Made by a program: the position numbers and the translations under genes
The notes under the pieces: generated by a model
What the model saw: only the letters and a program-made list of their open reading frames with translations
What the model was told of the DNA's origin: nothing
Databases searched by the model: none
DNA from: a virus
Virus record (IMG/VR): IMGVR_UViG_3300032954_000010
Location: 2,453-66,452 of that record
DNA length: 64,000 nucleotides
Reading direction: 5' to 3' (one strand)
In this document: positions 17,139-26,453 of the stretch, piece after piece
Layout: every line of letters starts with the position of its first letter
Numbering within the stretch: the stretch's first letter is position 1

Positions 17139-18286
17139 TGGGCCGCAAACTAATCCTCCCGCGGAGAAAGATTTTGCGGGCTGCGTTGTGTGCCGCCCCA
17201 TTTGTACTTCTTTCCAAGCCAAGCAAAGCTTGGTTTCCGCACGGAGTGGCGTCTACGGTTGACACTTTACTTGTCGTCGTCGCGGGCGATAGCAATACAG
17301 GATCAGGTCAATTTTTTAATGCGACCTACGACACCACGCGACCGAATCTTTATCAATTTCTACACGGGCATACGACAGCCCTAGCGCAAGAGCCGCTGGA
17401 CATGATTTCCCCGGCGGGGGCGAATGAAGTTGGCTCGACGACACGGTTGTGTCAGTTTTTGATCGACAATGGCCATGTGCCCGCTGGGGTTGTCCGTATC
17501 GTCATGCTGCCGACCGGCTGGGGCGGAACTGGACTTTCGCTCGCTGCCGGTAATACCGGATATTGGAATGTCGCTGGCTCACGCCAGGCCCTCGATGGCG
17601 TTGCTGGGAGTATCACGAACGGATCGGCCGCTGGCTTCAACGGGCTCTACGGCATGATAAATGCCGCCAAGGCGACTTATCCGAACAACAAGATTTGGTT
17701 TTTTAATTGGATCGAAGGAGCAAACGACGGCAGTTGGGTTTCGCCGAATTGGACGAACGCGATGATCGCCCTGTGGGCAGAGGTGCGCGGCGTCTACGCC
17801 GATGCTATCAATGCTCCGATCCTGGTGACGGGAGTTCCGCCGGATAAATATAATCAATATCTGGGGAACGTGAACAATTACCACATGCTCGGCGAGCAGG
17901 CGGCAATCGGCAGCAGTGTCTCGAAAGCCTATTACGTCGATCCATCGTCTCCCACGGTGCTGCATTCCTATCTCGGAAATGCATTTATTCATTTCAACGC
18001 GGCTGCTGCGCGCGGCGGCGTGACGAATTTCAACACGAGCGGCTATGCGTGGTCATCCGGTGCGACCTACAACACGGTGGCCGTCGGGGCTGGCGATAAC
18101 AACGTAGCGGTCGGATCGGACAATTATCTTTACACGACGCTGATTGACGGAAACATTGGCAATGATCCGTCTGGCAATGCTTTCCCGGCTAAGTGGCGTC
18201 AGAACTACAGCGCGACGGAAACCATTTCCGATTCCGACTGCCTTGCCTACCGTCAATATCAAGCTCTTTTGAGCGCAGGCTTCTGA
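17135..18286 (+). CDS. SGNH/sialate O-acetylesterase-like protein with signal peptide and C-terminal carbohydrate-binding-like segment
   Basis: VVAGDSN, TGWGGTG, WIEGAND, FIHFN blocks; N-terminal RRKIL + hydrophobic + SKA/WFPHG. Confidence 0.7.
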   Translation: MMGRKLILPRRKILRAALCAAPFVLLSKPSKAWFPHGVASTVDTLLVVVAGDSNTGSGQFFNATYDTTRPNLYQFLHGHTTALAQEPLDMISPAGANEVGSTTRLCQFLIDNGHVPAGVVRIVMLPTGWGGTGLSLAAGNTGYWNVAGSRQALDGVAGSITNGSAAGFNGLYGMINAAKATYPNNKIWFFNWIEGANDGSWVSPNWTNAMIALWAEVRGVYADAINAPILVTGVPPDKYNQYLGNVNNYHMLGEQAAIGSSVSKAYYVDPSSPTVLHSYLGNAFIHFNAAAARGGVTNFNTSGYAWSSGATYNTVAVGAGDNNVAVGSDNYLYTTLIDGNIGNDPSGNAFPAKWRQNYSATETISDSDCLAYRQYQALLSAGF

Positions 18287-21279
18287 TGAAGATACTACGC
18301 AACATCGCTTTATCCCTTGCGCTGCTGTTCCTGAGCGGCTGGTTTCCGCACGGCTATGTGCAGACCGTCACGACAGAGCGCCTCAAGATCGGCGACGGCG
18401 GCTGGGCCGTCGGCATGGACATCGCCAACGACGGCTCGCGCATCATGCGCACCGACATTGGCCAAGGATACGTCTGGCCGGTAGGTGCGACAGCATGGAA
18501 GCCCTGCATCACCGCATCGTCGATGGCGGGGACGATCTTCGCTCCTGGCGGAGCAACCGGCCTTCTCGGCAACGGCCCGTGGGAGATGGTGTTCGCGCCA
18601 AGCGACTCACAGCGCATCTATATGCTCTACGGCGAGTATCGCAACTCGGTCGTCCTGCATCTATTCCGCAGCACCGATCAATGCGCGTCGTGGCAGGAGC
18701 TAACGAACTTCCCAGCCAACTCGTCTGCGGACGCTGGCGGTAGCACGAACCGCGTCAGCGGCCAGAAGATCGTCGTCGATCCCAACAATGAAAACGTCAT
18801 CTATGTCAGTAATTCGGTGGATGGAGTCTATCGCTCGACCAATGCCGGGGCGGCAGCGGGAAGCGTCGCTTTTACGAAGATCTCGCCCTTCGTTCCTTCC
18901 GGGCAAGAGGTCGGCGATGCCGGGATGGCCATCGACGGCAATTCTGGAACGACGACGCTCGGCGGAGCGACGGTCAGCAAAAACGTCTATATTCCAAGCT
19001 ATGGCAAGGGCATCTATGCCAGCACAGACGGTGGCAATTCTTATTCAGCGATTTCCGGCGGCGCTCCCACCAAGACAATCACGTTTTCAACGACAGCGAC
19101 GAACACCTGCATCCTCGTCACCGTCGATATTTTTAACAGTACTGCGCCATCGACGATAAGCACGATTTCAGATACCAGCGGTCTTACCTGGACGCGGCGC
19201 ACGCAATTGGCTGGTTCCGGCACCCACGATATTGAGGTGTGGTACGCCGTCTCGGGGGCTGTGCAGACCAACGATCAGATCACGCTCACTTATACGAACT
19301 TCACGACCGGCATCGATCAATCGGTGATTACGGTTCTGGCCGTGGAAGGGTGCAACACTTCGTCGCCCTTCGACGCTCATGCTGGCTTGCCGGCAAAAAG
19401 CGCCTCTGCTGCTCCCACGATAAGCACCTCGAACGCGAACGATCTCATTTTTGTGTTCGACGTTTCCAATTCGGCGACGCCGGACGCTGGGTACACTTGC
19501 CTCGGTACGTGCGGAACGTCGAACACTTACATCGAATATAAAATAGTCTCGGCAACGCAGACCTCGATCAATCCGGGTAGCGTCGGCGCTTCGCTTCAAC
19601 GCGGTTGGACAACGGACGCGCTCCAGCAAGCGGGCGGCGGCACGCTGCTCGTTGAAACGTCAGGCGTCGTGCAATCAGGTGGCGTGGACCCCCCGCTGAC
19701 GCCTTACCAAGTTCTGCACGGCAAAATAGGGTGCGACGGGATTTACTACGTCACGGACTCTGACGCGCATGGCTGGAAATGGGACGGCGCGAGTTGGACA
19801 CAACTGCTGCCGATCCTGGGCGGCTCCGCTGGCCAATATCTCGTCAACATCATGCCAGCACCCTCGCCGCATTGCAGTCGCATCTCGGTCGCGGCCTACA
19901 CGTTCACGCAGCACAATATGAGCGAGGACGACGGCGCAACGTGGATCGGCTACAAGAACGATTTAAGCGGCGGCAGCGGCGTGACGGTTAGCTCCGCGAC
20001 CGTTCCTTGGTACGTGGGAGACGGCCCGCACTCGCTTCAATCTGGCGACGGCAAATATAATCCGACCACCGGCTATCTCGAAATATCGACCGGCTTTTGC
20101 TACTATTACGCCGACATGCCCGCGAGCACTGCTGGTTTCGTCCGCTATGCGATGTGCAACGGAGCGGAGTCGCAGGTTCCTTACCTCATAACGTCGGTGC
20201 CAGGAGGACACACTTTCTTCCAGGGTCTCGACATTGGAATGTGGGCGGACCTCAGCACAAGCACCTACCCGACGCAGGGCCTGCCGCTTTTAGATTATAT
20301 CGGCGGTCTCTGCGCAGCGTGGTCGATGGACTATGCGGGGCAAAGCCCGTCCAACATGGCGGTGATGTGCAATGAGGCTCTCGGGATAGAAAATAGCAGC
20401 TATTCCACGAGCGGAGGCGCGACCCAAAGCGACTGGCATCTATTTGGCGGCTCAACGAATCCGTATCAAACGCAAGCTTCGGCTATTGCCGCTGGTTATA
20501 CTCCGCCGTTGCCAGTGAGCGGGCAAACGGGCGGTAGCATAGCGATGAATGCGACCGATCCCACGAACATCATTTGGGCGCAATTAAACACTGACGGCAG
20601 GCTTTATGTCACGACCGATGGCATGAGTGCGCCGATTACATGGAGCCTCATTCCGCAGTCGTCTTTTTCAGGCGCGCCATCGTCGGCTCCCTACGGCTGG
20701 AGCATTGGTGCCTCGGGTTACAACAGAATTGCGGTAATTTCCGACAAGGTAGATGCGGACACCTTCTATGCCTACAATTCGGTGACGCCGGGGCTTTACA
20801 AGACGACCAACAAAGGCAGCACTTGGTCGTTGATTTATTCAGGCACGCTTACCGGCGAGACTGGCTATTTGCAGCTTTGGGCAGTTCCTGGATTTTCCGG
20901 GTATCTCTACGTGATCTCAGGCTACGACGGCAATTCAGCAACCGCCGGGAGCTACATGAAGTATTCCACGGACCACGGTGCGTCGTGGACGGCCTGTCCG
21001 AACGTCCTGAATGTCAGAAGCATGGGGTTTGGCAAGGCACCCCCTGCCAGCGGTACAGGTCATCCAACGATAGTCATCAACGGCTGGGTCGGCGGCGTGC
21101 AGGGGCTTTACGAATCTGAGGACGATTGCCAGACGTGGCGCCCCCTCGGCTCTGGACAGCCGGCAAATGACACTTGGAATCAGACCGCGCAGATCGTGGG
21201 TGGTGACATAAACAACTACGGCGTATTCTATACGGGACAGGCATGGGGAAGCGGCTTTACCAAGATCACGTTGCACTGA
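18286..21279 (+). CDS. GH74-like BNR/Asp-box beta-propeller glycoside hydrolase (putative depolymerase) with signal peptide
   Basis: IGDGGWAVG...RTDIGQGY, repeated STDxGxxW Asp-boxes, GFGKAPP...GLYESEDDCQTW. Confidence 0.8.
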   Translation: MKILRNIALSLALLFLSGWFPHGYVQTVTTERLKIGDGGWAVGMDIANDGSRIMRTDIGQGYVWPVGATAWKPCITASSMAGTIFAPGGATGLLGNGPWEMVFAPSDSQRIYMLYGEYRNSVVLHLFRSTDQCASWQELTNFPANSSADAGGSTNRVSGQKIVVDPNNENVIYVSNSVDGVYRSTNAGAAAGSVAFTKISPFVPSGQEVGDAGMAIDGNSGTTTLGGATVSKNVYIPSYGKGIYASTDGGNSYSAISGGAPTKTITFSTTATNTCILVTVDIFNSTAPSTISTISDTSGLTWTRRTQLAGSGTHDIEVWYAVSGAVQTNDQITLTYTNFTTGIDQSVITVLAVEGCNTSSPFDAHAGLPAKSASAAPTISTSNANDLIFVFDVSNSATPDAGYTCLGTCGTSNTYIEYKIVSATQTSINPGSVGASLQRGWTTDALQQAGGGTLLVETSGVVQSGGVDPPLTPYQVLHGKIGCDGIYYVTDSDAHGWKWDGASWTQLLPILGGSAGQYLVNIMPAPSPHCSRISVAAYTFTQHNMSEDDGATWIGYKNDLSGGSGVTVSSATVPWYVGDGPHSLQSGDGKYNPTTGYLEISTGFCYYYADMPASTAGFVRYAMCNGAESQVPYLITSVPGGHTFFQGLDIGMWADLSTSTYPTQGLPLLDYIGGLCAAWSMDYAGQSPSNMAVMCNEALGIENSSYSTSGGATQSDWHLFGGSTNPYQTQASAIAAGYTPPLPVSGQTGGSIAMNATDPTNIIWAQLNTDGRLYVTTDGMSAPITWSLIPQSSFSGAPSSAPYGWSIGASGYNRIAVISDKVDADTFYAYNSVTPGLYKTTNKGSTWSLIYSGTLTGETGYLQLWAVPGFSGYLYVISGYDGNSATAGSYMKYSTDHGASWTACPNVLNVRSMGFGKAPPASGTGHPTIVINGWVGGVQGLYESEDDCQTWRPLGSGQPANDTWNQTAQIVGGDINNYGVFYTGQAWGSGFTKITLH

Positions 21280-21398
21280 TGATCCACCCCATCATCCTCG
21301 CCGTCATGCTGTGGTGGACGCCGAGCATGTTATGGATGGGCTGGGCTTGCTGGTTGTCGCGGCTTGACAACCGTACTCTTTCGTAGCACATTCCGCTG

Positions 21399-21563
21399 AT
21401 GACCAAGGTCGGTGATCGTGGTTTGCGCATGTCGTCGGGCGAGGTTCGTCACTTTCGCTCCAAGGGAGCGCGTGATCGCTTCGAGCGCGTGGCCGAGGCG
21501 GTGAGACATGGTTGGAAACCGACGCGCGGCAAGCGGCGCAGCCGTAGAGGAAGGCGCAGGTAA
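21399..21563 (+). CDS. small, highly basic protein (54 aa)
   Basis: Manual translation ends HGWKPTRGKRRSRRGRRR*; stop overlaps lysin ATG. Confidence 0.55.
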   Translation: MTKVGDRGLRMSSGEVRHFRSKGARDRFERVAEAVRHGWKPTRGKRRSRRGRRR

Positions 21564-22069
21564 TGCAGACTTCTCCGGTCGGCCGCAAGTTCATCGAAGG
21601 ATTCGAAGGTCTTTTTCTCGAAGCCTATGACGATGCTAACGATCGCATCGTGCAGCGCGGCGATATCGTGCGTGGCACGCTGACGATCGGCTACGGACAC
21701 ACCACCGCAGCAGGGCCTCCTGCGGTTTATGTCGGCATGACCATCACCAAAGACCAGGCTGATGCCATGCTGGCGGCCGATCTGGCTTCGGTCGAGATCG
21801 AGGTGCAGCATCTTGTCAAGGTGCCGCTCAATCAGAACCAGTTCGATGCGCTGGTATCGTTCCAATACAATACCGGCTGGCTCGCGCATCCGCAGTGTTC
21901 GTTATTGCGACAATTGAACGCCGGCAACTACGATCTGGCCGATACCGATTTCATGCTGTATGATGAGGCGCAGGGCAAGGTGCTGGCCGGGCTCGAACGC
22001 CGCCGCGCAGCCGAGAAGGAATTGTTCGCGGCGCCTGTTTCGGCGCAAGTTGCACAGGAGAGCACATGA
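21563..22069 (+). CDS. endolysin, GH24 lysozyme
   Basis: FEG...AYDD...TIGYGHT; NQNQFDALVSFQYNTG; GLERRRAAE. Confidence 0.92.
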   Translation: MQTSPVGRKFIEGFEGLFLEAYDDANDRIVQRGDIVRGTLTIGYGHTTAAGPPAVYVGMTITKDQADAMLAADLASVEIEVQHLVKVPLNQNQFDALVSFQYNTGWLAHPQCSLLRQLNAGNYDLADTDFMLYDEAQGKVLAGLERRRAAEKELFAAPVSAQVAQEST

Positions 22070-22305
22070 CGATTTCCCCGCGGGTAGGAATCTGGATCAG
22101 CGTGATCGCGGCGCTGCTGTCTTTCGTCGCCATTAGCACGGCGCAGCTCACGACACTTTTTGACGCCGCGACGGCAAACCACATTACGGCATGGGCTGCA
22201 TTTCTCGGCGGCGCCATCAACGCGGTCAATGCCGTGCTGCACATGATCCCTTCGGCATCGACGCCGCAAGCGCTCGCTCAATTCCCCCTTGGACCGAAAA
22301 CCTGA
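22066..22305 (+). CDS. putative holin
   Basis: 79 aa, two hydrophobic helices, adjacent to lysozyme. Confidence 0.6.
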   Translation: MTISPRVGIWISVIAALLSFVAISTAQLTTLFDAATANHITAWAAFLGGAINAVNAVLHMIPSASTPQALAQFPLGPKT

Positions 22306-22318
22306 GAAGGACTTCACG

Positions 22319-22825
22319 ATGACCGATACCTCGACGCCGAATATCTTTCAGCAGATCGAAGCTGCGTTGTCCGCCGACTGGCAGAAAGTGACGGCCGTGT
22401 TCCAACAGGCGGAGGCTTTCGCCGCCGACTTTCTCGGCAAGGTCTCGGCCGGCGCCGAGATTCTGATTCAGGATATCGAAGGCGCGGCGAGCTACGTCGC
22501 CGGCAACTTGACAACCATCCAGGCCGGCATCAGCGCGGCCGGCGCCTTGGCCAATACCGTGGCGCCAAACAATACCACGGTGCAGAAAGCTGTCGCCGAT
22601 CTCAACACGGCGGCGAGCGATGTTGCCGATCTGCACGCTGCGTTGACCTCCGGCTCGTCTTCCAACGATCCCGAGATCGTCACCAAGGCTGTTACCGCCA
22701 TCAACGCGGTCAACCAGCTTTCGCAGATCGCCAGCGCGGTCAGCAGCTCGCTCGGCACGTTGGCCGCCAACTCGCCGACCGCCACATCGGCCGTGACTGC
22801 CGCTGCACCGCCGCCGACCGCCTGA
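22319..22825 (+). CDS. Ala-rich hypothetical protein
   Basis: MTDTSTPNIFQQ...; AAGGA RBS. Confidence 0.65.
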   Translation: MTDTSTPNIFQQIEAALSADWQKVTAVFQQAEAFAADFLGKVSAGAEILIQDIEGAASYVAGNLTTIQAGISAAGALANTVAPNNTTVQKAVADLNTAASDVADLHAALTSGSSSNDPEIVTKAVTAINAVNQLSQIASAVSSSLGTLAANSPTATSAVTAAAPPPTA

Positions 22826-23088
22826 TGCGACTTTATTCGCCCGCATGGATCATCGTCGCCGGAGTCGTGCTGGCGCATGCGACCGGCGTGATCGACGTGA
22901 CCAGTAAGATATTGGGCGGCATCGACTCGTCGGCCAACGCCATTCTCGACATGCGCAAGGTCGTCCCTCAACTCGGAGCCGTCATCCATGAATCTGCTGC
23001 CTCTCGTGGGGTTCTATTGGCGAAGAAGCCAGGATATCGAAAAGCTGGTCGGGTCGGGTCACAGCGGCGACTCGCATCTGATCACTGA
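22825..23088 (+). CDS. hypothetical membrane protein
   Basis: N-terminal hydrophobic helix; TGATG coupling. Confidence 0.5.
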   Translation: MRLYSPAWIIVAGVVLAHATGVIDVTSKILGGIDSSANAILDMRKVVPQLGAVIHESAASRGVLLAKKPGYRKAGRVGSQRRLASDH

Positions 23089-23254
23089 CCTGCTCGAAGC
23101 CAACGCGCCGCTGCTGAAGAAATATTGGCCCGCGCTCAACGAGAATGGGCTGCTCGACGACGCCCTAGCGACGCTGAAAGAGGTGCTCGCGCCGCCGGCC
23201 TCGGCCCCAACCGACGGCAACATCCAAGGTCAGCAGGGGGCGGGCGCAACTTGA
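22988..23254 (+). CDS. hypothetical protein
   Basis: 88 aa; GGAG RBS. Confidence 0.55.
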   Translation: MNLLPLVGFYWRRSQDIEKLVGSGHSGDSHLITDLLEANAPLLKKYWPALNENGLLDDALATLKEVLAPPASAPTDGNIQGQQGAGAT

Positions 23255-23312
23255 CAAAAGTTCCGTCTCTATAGAATGTTAGTCCCGCGCTCGCAGTAGA
23301 CGACATTATTGC

Positions 23313-23732
23313 ATGGCTTGGTGGGATCGGCTTGCCGTTTACAAGCGCATCACTTTATTTGCCACGATGATTTCGGCGGTCATTGCCGCGCTGTTTGCCG
23401 TCGCCAATGTTCTTCAAGCGGGTGAACCGCATTGGATCGCGACGCGCAGTTTTGTCAGGATGACGGTCGCCGAAACCAGCAGCAAAATCGCGCAAAGCGA
23501 AAACCAGTTGAAGACGCGGCAGGTCCAGACCGAGTTGCAGGTTTTGCAGGGCCGCGTCGAGGCTATCAAGTCCAAGATCAGCGATCGCGAGCTGTTGTTG
23601 CAGCAGCCGGATGGGCCGCCGCAATATAAAAATCTGATATCGCAACAGGTTGATGAATTCAAAGAGCGATTGAAAATACTACAGGCGCAGACCGACGATT
23701 TGCGGCGCGAGCTGGCGGGTCGCCAACCGTGA
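23313..23732 (+). CDS. membrane-anchored coiled-coil protein (possibly lysis/spanin-like)
   Basis: One N-terminal TM helix followed by a coiled coil. Confidence 0.55.
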   Translation: MAWWDRLAVYKRITLFATMISAVIAALFAVANVLQAGEPHWIATRSFVRMTVAETSSKIAQSENQLKTRQVQTELQVLQGRVEAIKSKISDRELLLQQPDGPPQYKNLISQQVDEFKERLKILQAQTDDLRRELAGRQP

Positions 23733-23840
23733 TTTGACGGCTTTTCATAAATCTGCCATCATAAAATATTCCCCAACAAATTGTGCTTGTCAGGAGGTCA
23801 AGCGAGACGCTGTTTTGTAGTCAACAACAAAGAGGCAACC

Positions 23841-24371
23841 ATGAAATCCAAGATCATGGCAGCTATTGCTGTCGTACTGCTCGCTATCGTCTCGACTTCG
23901 GCGCAGGCAAAACACAGGCATCATTACCGGCATCACTATCATCACGCTCGCGTCGTCTCGCACCAGATACATTGCGGGCGATTTGGTTGTGACGATCGCG
24001 TGGTCGCACGCAGCGAACGCTTCGTGGAGCGTTTTGAGACGGTCGCCGATGAAGGCCGCATCGTTGGCGGGCGTCCCGCCGGCTGCCCGCATGCGTTCTG
24101 CGGCTGCGGCACCAGTCTGCATATTTTTGGCCGCATCATCCCCGAGCTGAACCTGGCGGCCAACTGGCGGCGTTTTCCGCCCGCCTATCCTGCGCCCGGC
24201 ATGGTGGCTTGGCGCTGGGGGCACGTTTTTGCCATCGAGAGCGTCAATGGCGACGGCACGGTAATCGCCTACGATCCCAACAGCGGCGGGCATCGGACAC
24301 GCATTCACACCGTCAGCCTGCGCGGCTATCATGTGGTCAATCCGCACGGCGAGAGACTGGCGTCAAGATAG
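23841..24371 (+). CDS. secreted protein with CHAP/NlpC-like Cys-His signature
   Basis: Signal peptide ...TSAQA/K; His-rich linker; FCGCG...LAANW...GHVFAI. Confidence 0.6.
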   Translation: MKSKIMAAIAVVLLAIVSTSAQAKHRHHYRHHYHHARVVSHQIHCGRFGCDDRVVARSERFVERFETVADEGRIVGGRPAGCPHAFCGCGTSLHIFGRIIPELNLAANWRRFPPAYPAPGMVAWRWGHVFAIESVNGDGTVIAYDPNSGGHRTRIHTVSLRGYHVVNPHGERLASR

Positions 24372-24403
24372 CGCTTGACAATCGTAATCGTGTGTATTCT
24401 ACT

Positions 24404-24489
24404 CGGCACCGTTCGGCGGGGTCGTCCCCCAGATTGCGTCGAACGGTGCCGGGCAGCACACCCCCCATCCCCTCCCCGCTGCCCGGCAC
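24404..24489 (+). promoter_or_regulatory. 5' leader with two mutually exclusive 12-bp hairpins
   Basis: 24404-24415 pairs with 24440-24451; 24446-24457 pairs with 24478-24489; follows CTTGACA...GTGTATT. Confidence 0.6.
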
Positions 24490-24507
24490 ACTAACCTTGG
24501 AGCAAGG

Positions 24508-24699
24508 ATGCCGCAATCCGATGTGCGCGAACGTCTCAAGGATGCAGCAGCCGAGTTCAGCGATCTCGTTCGCTCCGGCGCGACCAAGGAACAGCTTCTC
24601 AACGGCGCCAACGGCAAGCGCGGCCTCAATCATCTCAACGAGCTGTTCATGATGCTGCCCCAAGGGCCGAACAAGGCGGAGTTCAGGATCAAGGAATGA
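24508..24699 (+). CDS. hypothetical protein
   Basis: 63 aa; GGAG RBS. Confidence 0.6.
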   Translation: MPQSDVRERLKDAAAEFSDLVRSGATKEQLLNGANGKRGLNHLNELFMMLPQGPNKAEFRIKE

Positions 24700-24884
24700 G
24701 ACGTAAATCCAAACGCGAGCCGTTGCAGGTCACATCGTTCCGCCTGCCGCTCGACGTAAAAACATTTCTGCATGGGGAAGCGGTTTCGAAAGACAGGACC
24801 ATGAGCTACGTCCTTGTCGAGATCGTGCGGCTCTACATGAATTATCTCGCCGAGCAAGCCAAGCAGCCTAAAGTCAAGAAATAA
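24696..24884 (+). CDS. ribbon-helix-helix (Arc-like) DNA-binding protein
   Basis: VTSFRLPLDVKTFLHGEAVSKDRTMSYVLVEIV. Confidence 0.7.
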   Translation: MRRKSKREPLQVTSFRLPLDVKTFLHGEAVSKDRTMSYVLVEIVRLYMNYLAEQAKQPKVKK

Positions 24885-24900
24885 AACTGCGGGAAGTCCG

Positions 24901-25920
24901 ATGCGAACAGCCCTGATCACGACAACGATAAACGTACCGCGCGTGCTCAAATTGTATCGCAAATTTGGGCCGGACGTGCAGTTCTTCGTCGCCGCGGACG
25001 AGAAGACGCCGCGCCATGCCTACGAGTTCTGCGCCGACATCCCCAAATGCGAGATTTATTCGCCCGAACGGCAGCGCGAGCTGGGCTATGAGTGCTCGGC
25101 GCTGATTGGTTGGAACTGCGTGCAGCGTCGCAACATTGCGCTGCTCGAAGCGGTGAAGTGGGGCGCGGAAGTTATTGTGACTATCGACGACGATAATGCC
25201 GCCCTCGATGTTGGTTATTTCAATCATATCAGATGGACGTTCATGCGCCCTTATTCCGGGCTCGAAGCGCAGTCGCTTTCCGGTTGGTTCGATCCTGGCT
25301 GTCTACTCGTGCCGCAAACCAAGCATCGTGGCTTCCCGATTGCGATCAAATCTGAGCCGGTTTTCGAATCGATTGTCGACGCCAAGATCGGCGTCGTTGC
25401 CGGGTTGTGCCTGGGCGATCCAGACGTGGATTCAATTACGCGCATCGCGACTGCACCGGTCATTCATTCCGTTTCCGAACTGGCTCGCGCGGGCGTTGCC
25501 GTCAATATTTTTTGCAAGACTGTGTTCAACTCGCAAAACACTGCCTTCATCCGCGAACTGGCTCCGGCGATGTTCATGATGCCGGGTATTGGCCGGTACG
25601 ATGACATCTACGCTTCGCTGATCTGTCAGCGCGTCATGCGCGAACGAGGGCTGCACGTTCATTTTGACCAGCCGTTTGTATGGCAGCAGCGCAACCAGCA
25701 TAATCTGCTCGGCGATCTGCGTGCCGAGATCGACGGCATGGAACATATTGTAGAATTTGCGCAGTTTCTCGACGATGTGCCGGCGACATTTTTCCTGCAA
25801 GGCCCGTGTATCCCGACGCTGCGGGAGACTTATCAGGCGGCGAAAGAGGAACACTATCTGCCGGCCCTTTCGCTCGAAGCGGCGCTGGCTTTCCTCAACG
25901 ATATCGAGAAAATTCTGTGA
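24901..25920 (+). CDS. STELLO/RGP (GT75-like) glycosyltransferase or NDP-sugar mutase
   Basis: TTINVP, RRNIALL, IDDDN, GDPDVDSITRI, FNSQNT, GRYDDIY. Confidence 0.8.
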   Translation: MRTALITTTINVPRVLKLYRKFGPDVQFFVAADEKTPRHAYEFCADIPKCEIYSPERQRELGYECSALIGWNCVQRRNIALLEAVKWGAEVIVTIDDDNAALDVGYFNHIRWTFMRPYSGLEAQSLSGWFDPGCLLVPQTKHRGFPIAIKSEPVFESIVDAKIGVVAGLCLGDPDVDSITRIATAPVIHSVSELARAGVAVNIFCKTVFNSQNTAFIRELAPAMFMMPGIGRYDDIYASLICQRVMRERGLHVHFDQPFVWQQRNQHNLLGDLRAEIDGMEHIVEFAQFLDDVPATFFLQGPCIPTLRETYQAAKEEHYLPALSLEAALAFLNDIEKIL

Positions 25921-26453
25921 TAAAAATATTGCCCCCGCAAAAATATTTGAAAGAGTGTTTTCGATATGATTCGAAAACAGGGAAATTATTTTGGAAAAAA
26001 CGCCCACTTCGACATTTTGCAAATAGTAAGCTGTTTAAAATGTATAACACGAGATGGGCTAGTCGAGAAGCTTTGAATTTTAGTGAACCCGGAGACTATA
26101 AATATGGTTCGCTTGATGGCACGACTTTAGCGGCGCATCGTGTTATATGGAAAATTGTAACGGGAGAAGAACCTCCAAGAATACTTGATCACAAAGATAG
26201 AGATAAACAAAATAATCGATTTAAAAATCTGCGAGCAGCCGATGGTTCACAAAACGCGTTAAATCGCAATCTTACAAAAGCTAATACAAGCGGAAGAACC
26301 GGAGTCAGTTACAATAAAAGAGATCGTAAATGGCTTGTGCAGTTAGGGTTTAATTATAGGGTTCTTTTTGGCGGACTATTTAAAAATAAACAAGATGCTA
26401 TTAAAGCGAGAAACACGCTTGAAAAGAAATTTTTTGGAGAATTTTCTCAATGA
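25917..26453 (+). CDS. HNH homing endonuclease with AP2-like C terminus
   Basis: YDSKTGKLFW, AHRVIW, DHKDRDKQNNRFKNLR, NTSGRTGV; low GC. Confidence 0.88.
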   Translation: MIKILPPQKYLKECFRYDSKTGKLFWKKRPLRHFANSKLFKMYNTRWASREALNFSEPGDYKYGSLDGTTLAAHRVIWKIVTGEEPPRILDHKDRDKQNNRFKNLRAADGSQNALNRNLTKANTSGRTGVSYNKRDRKWLVQLGFNYRVLFGGLFKNKQDAIKARNTLEKKFFGEFSQ

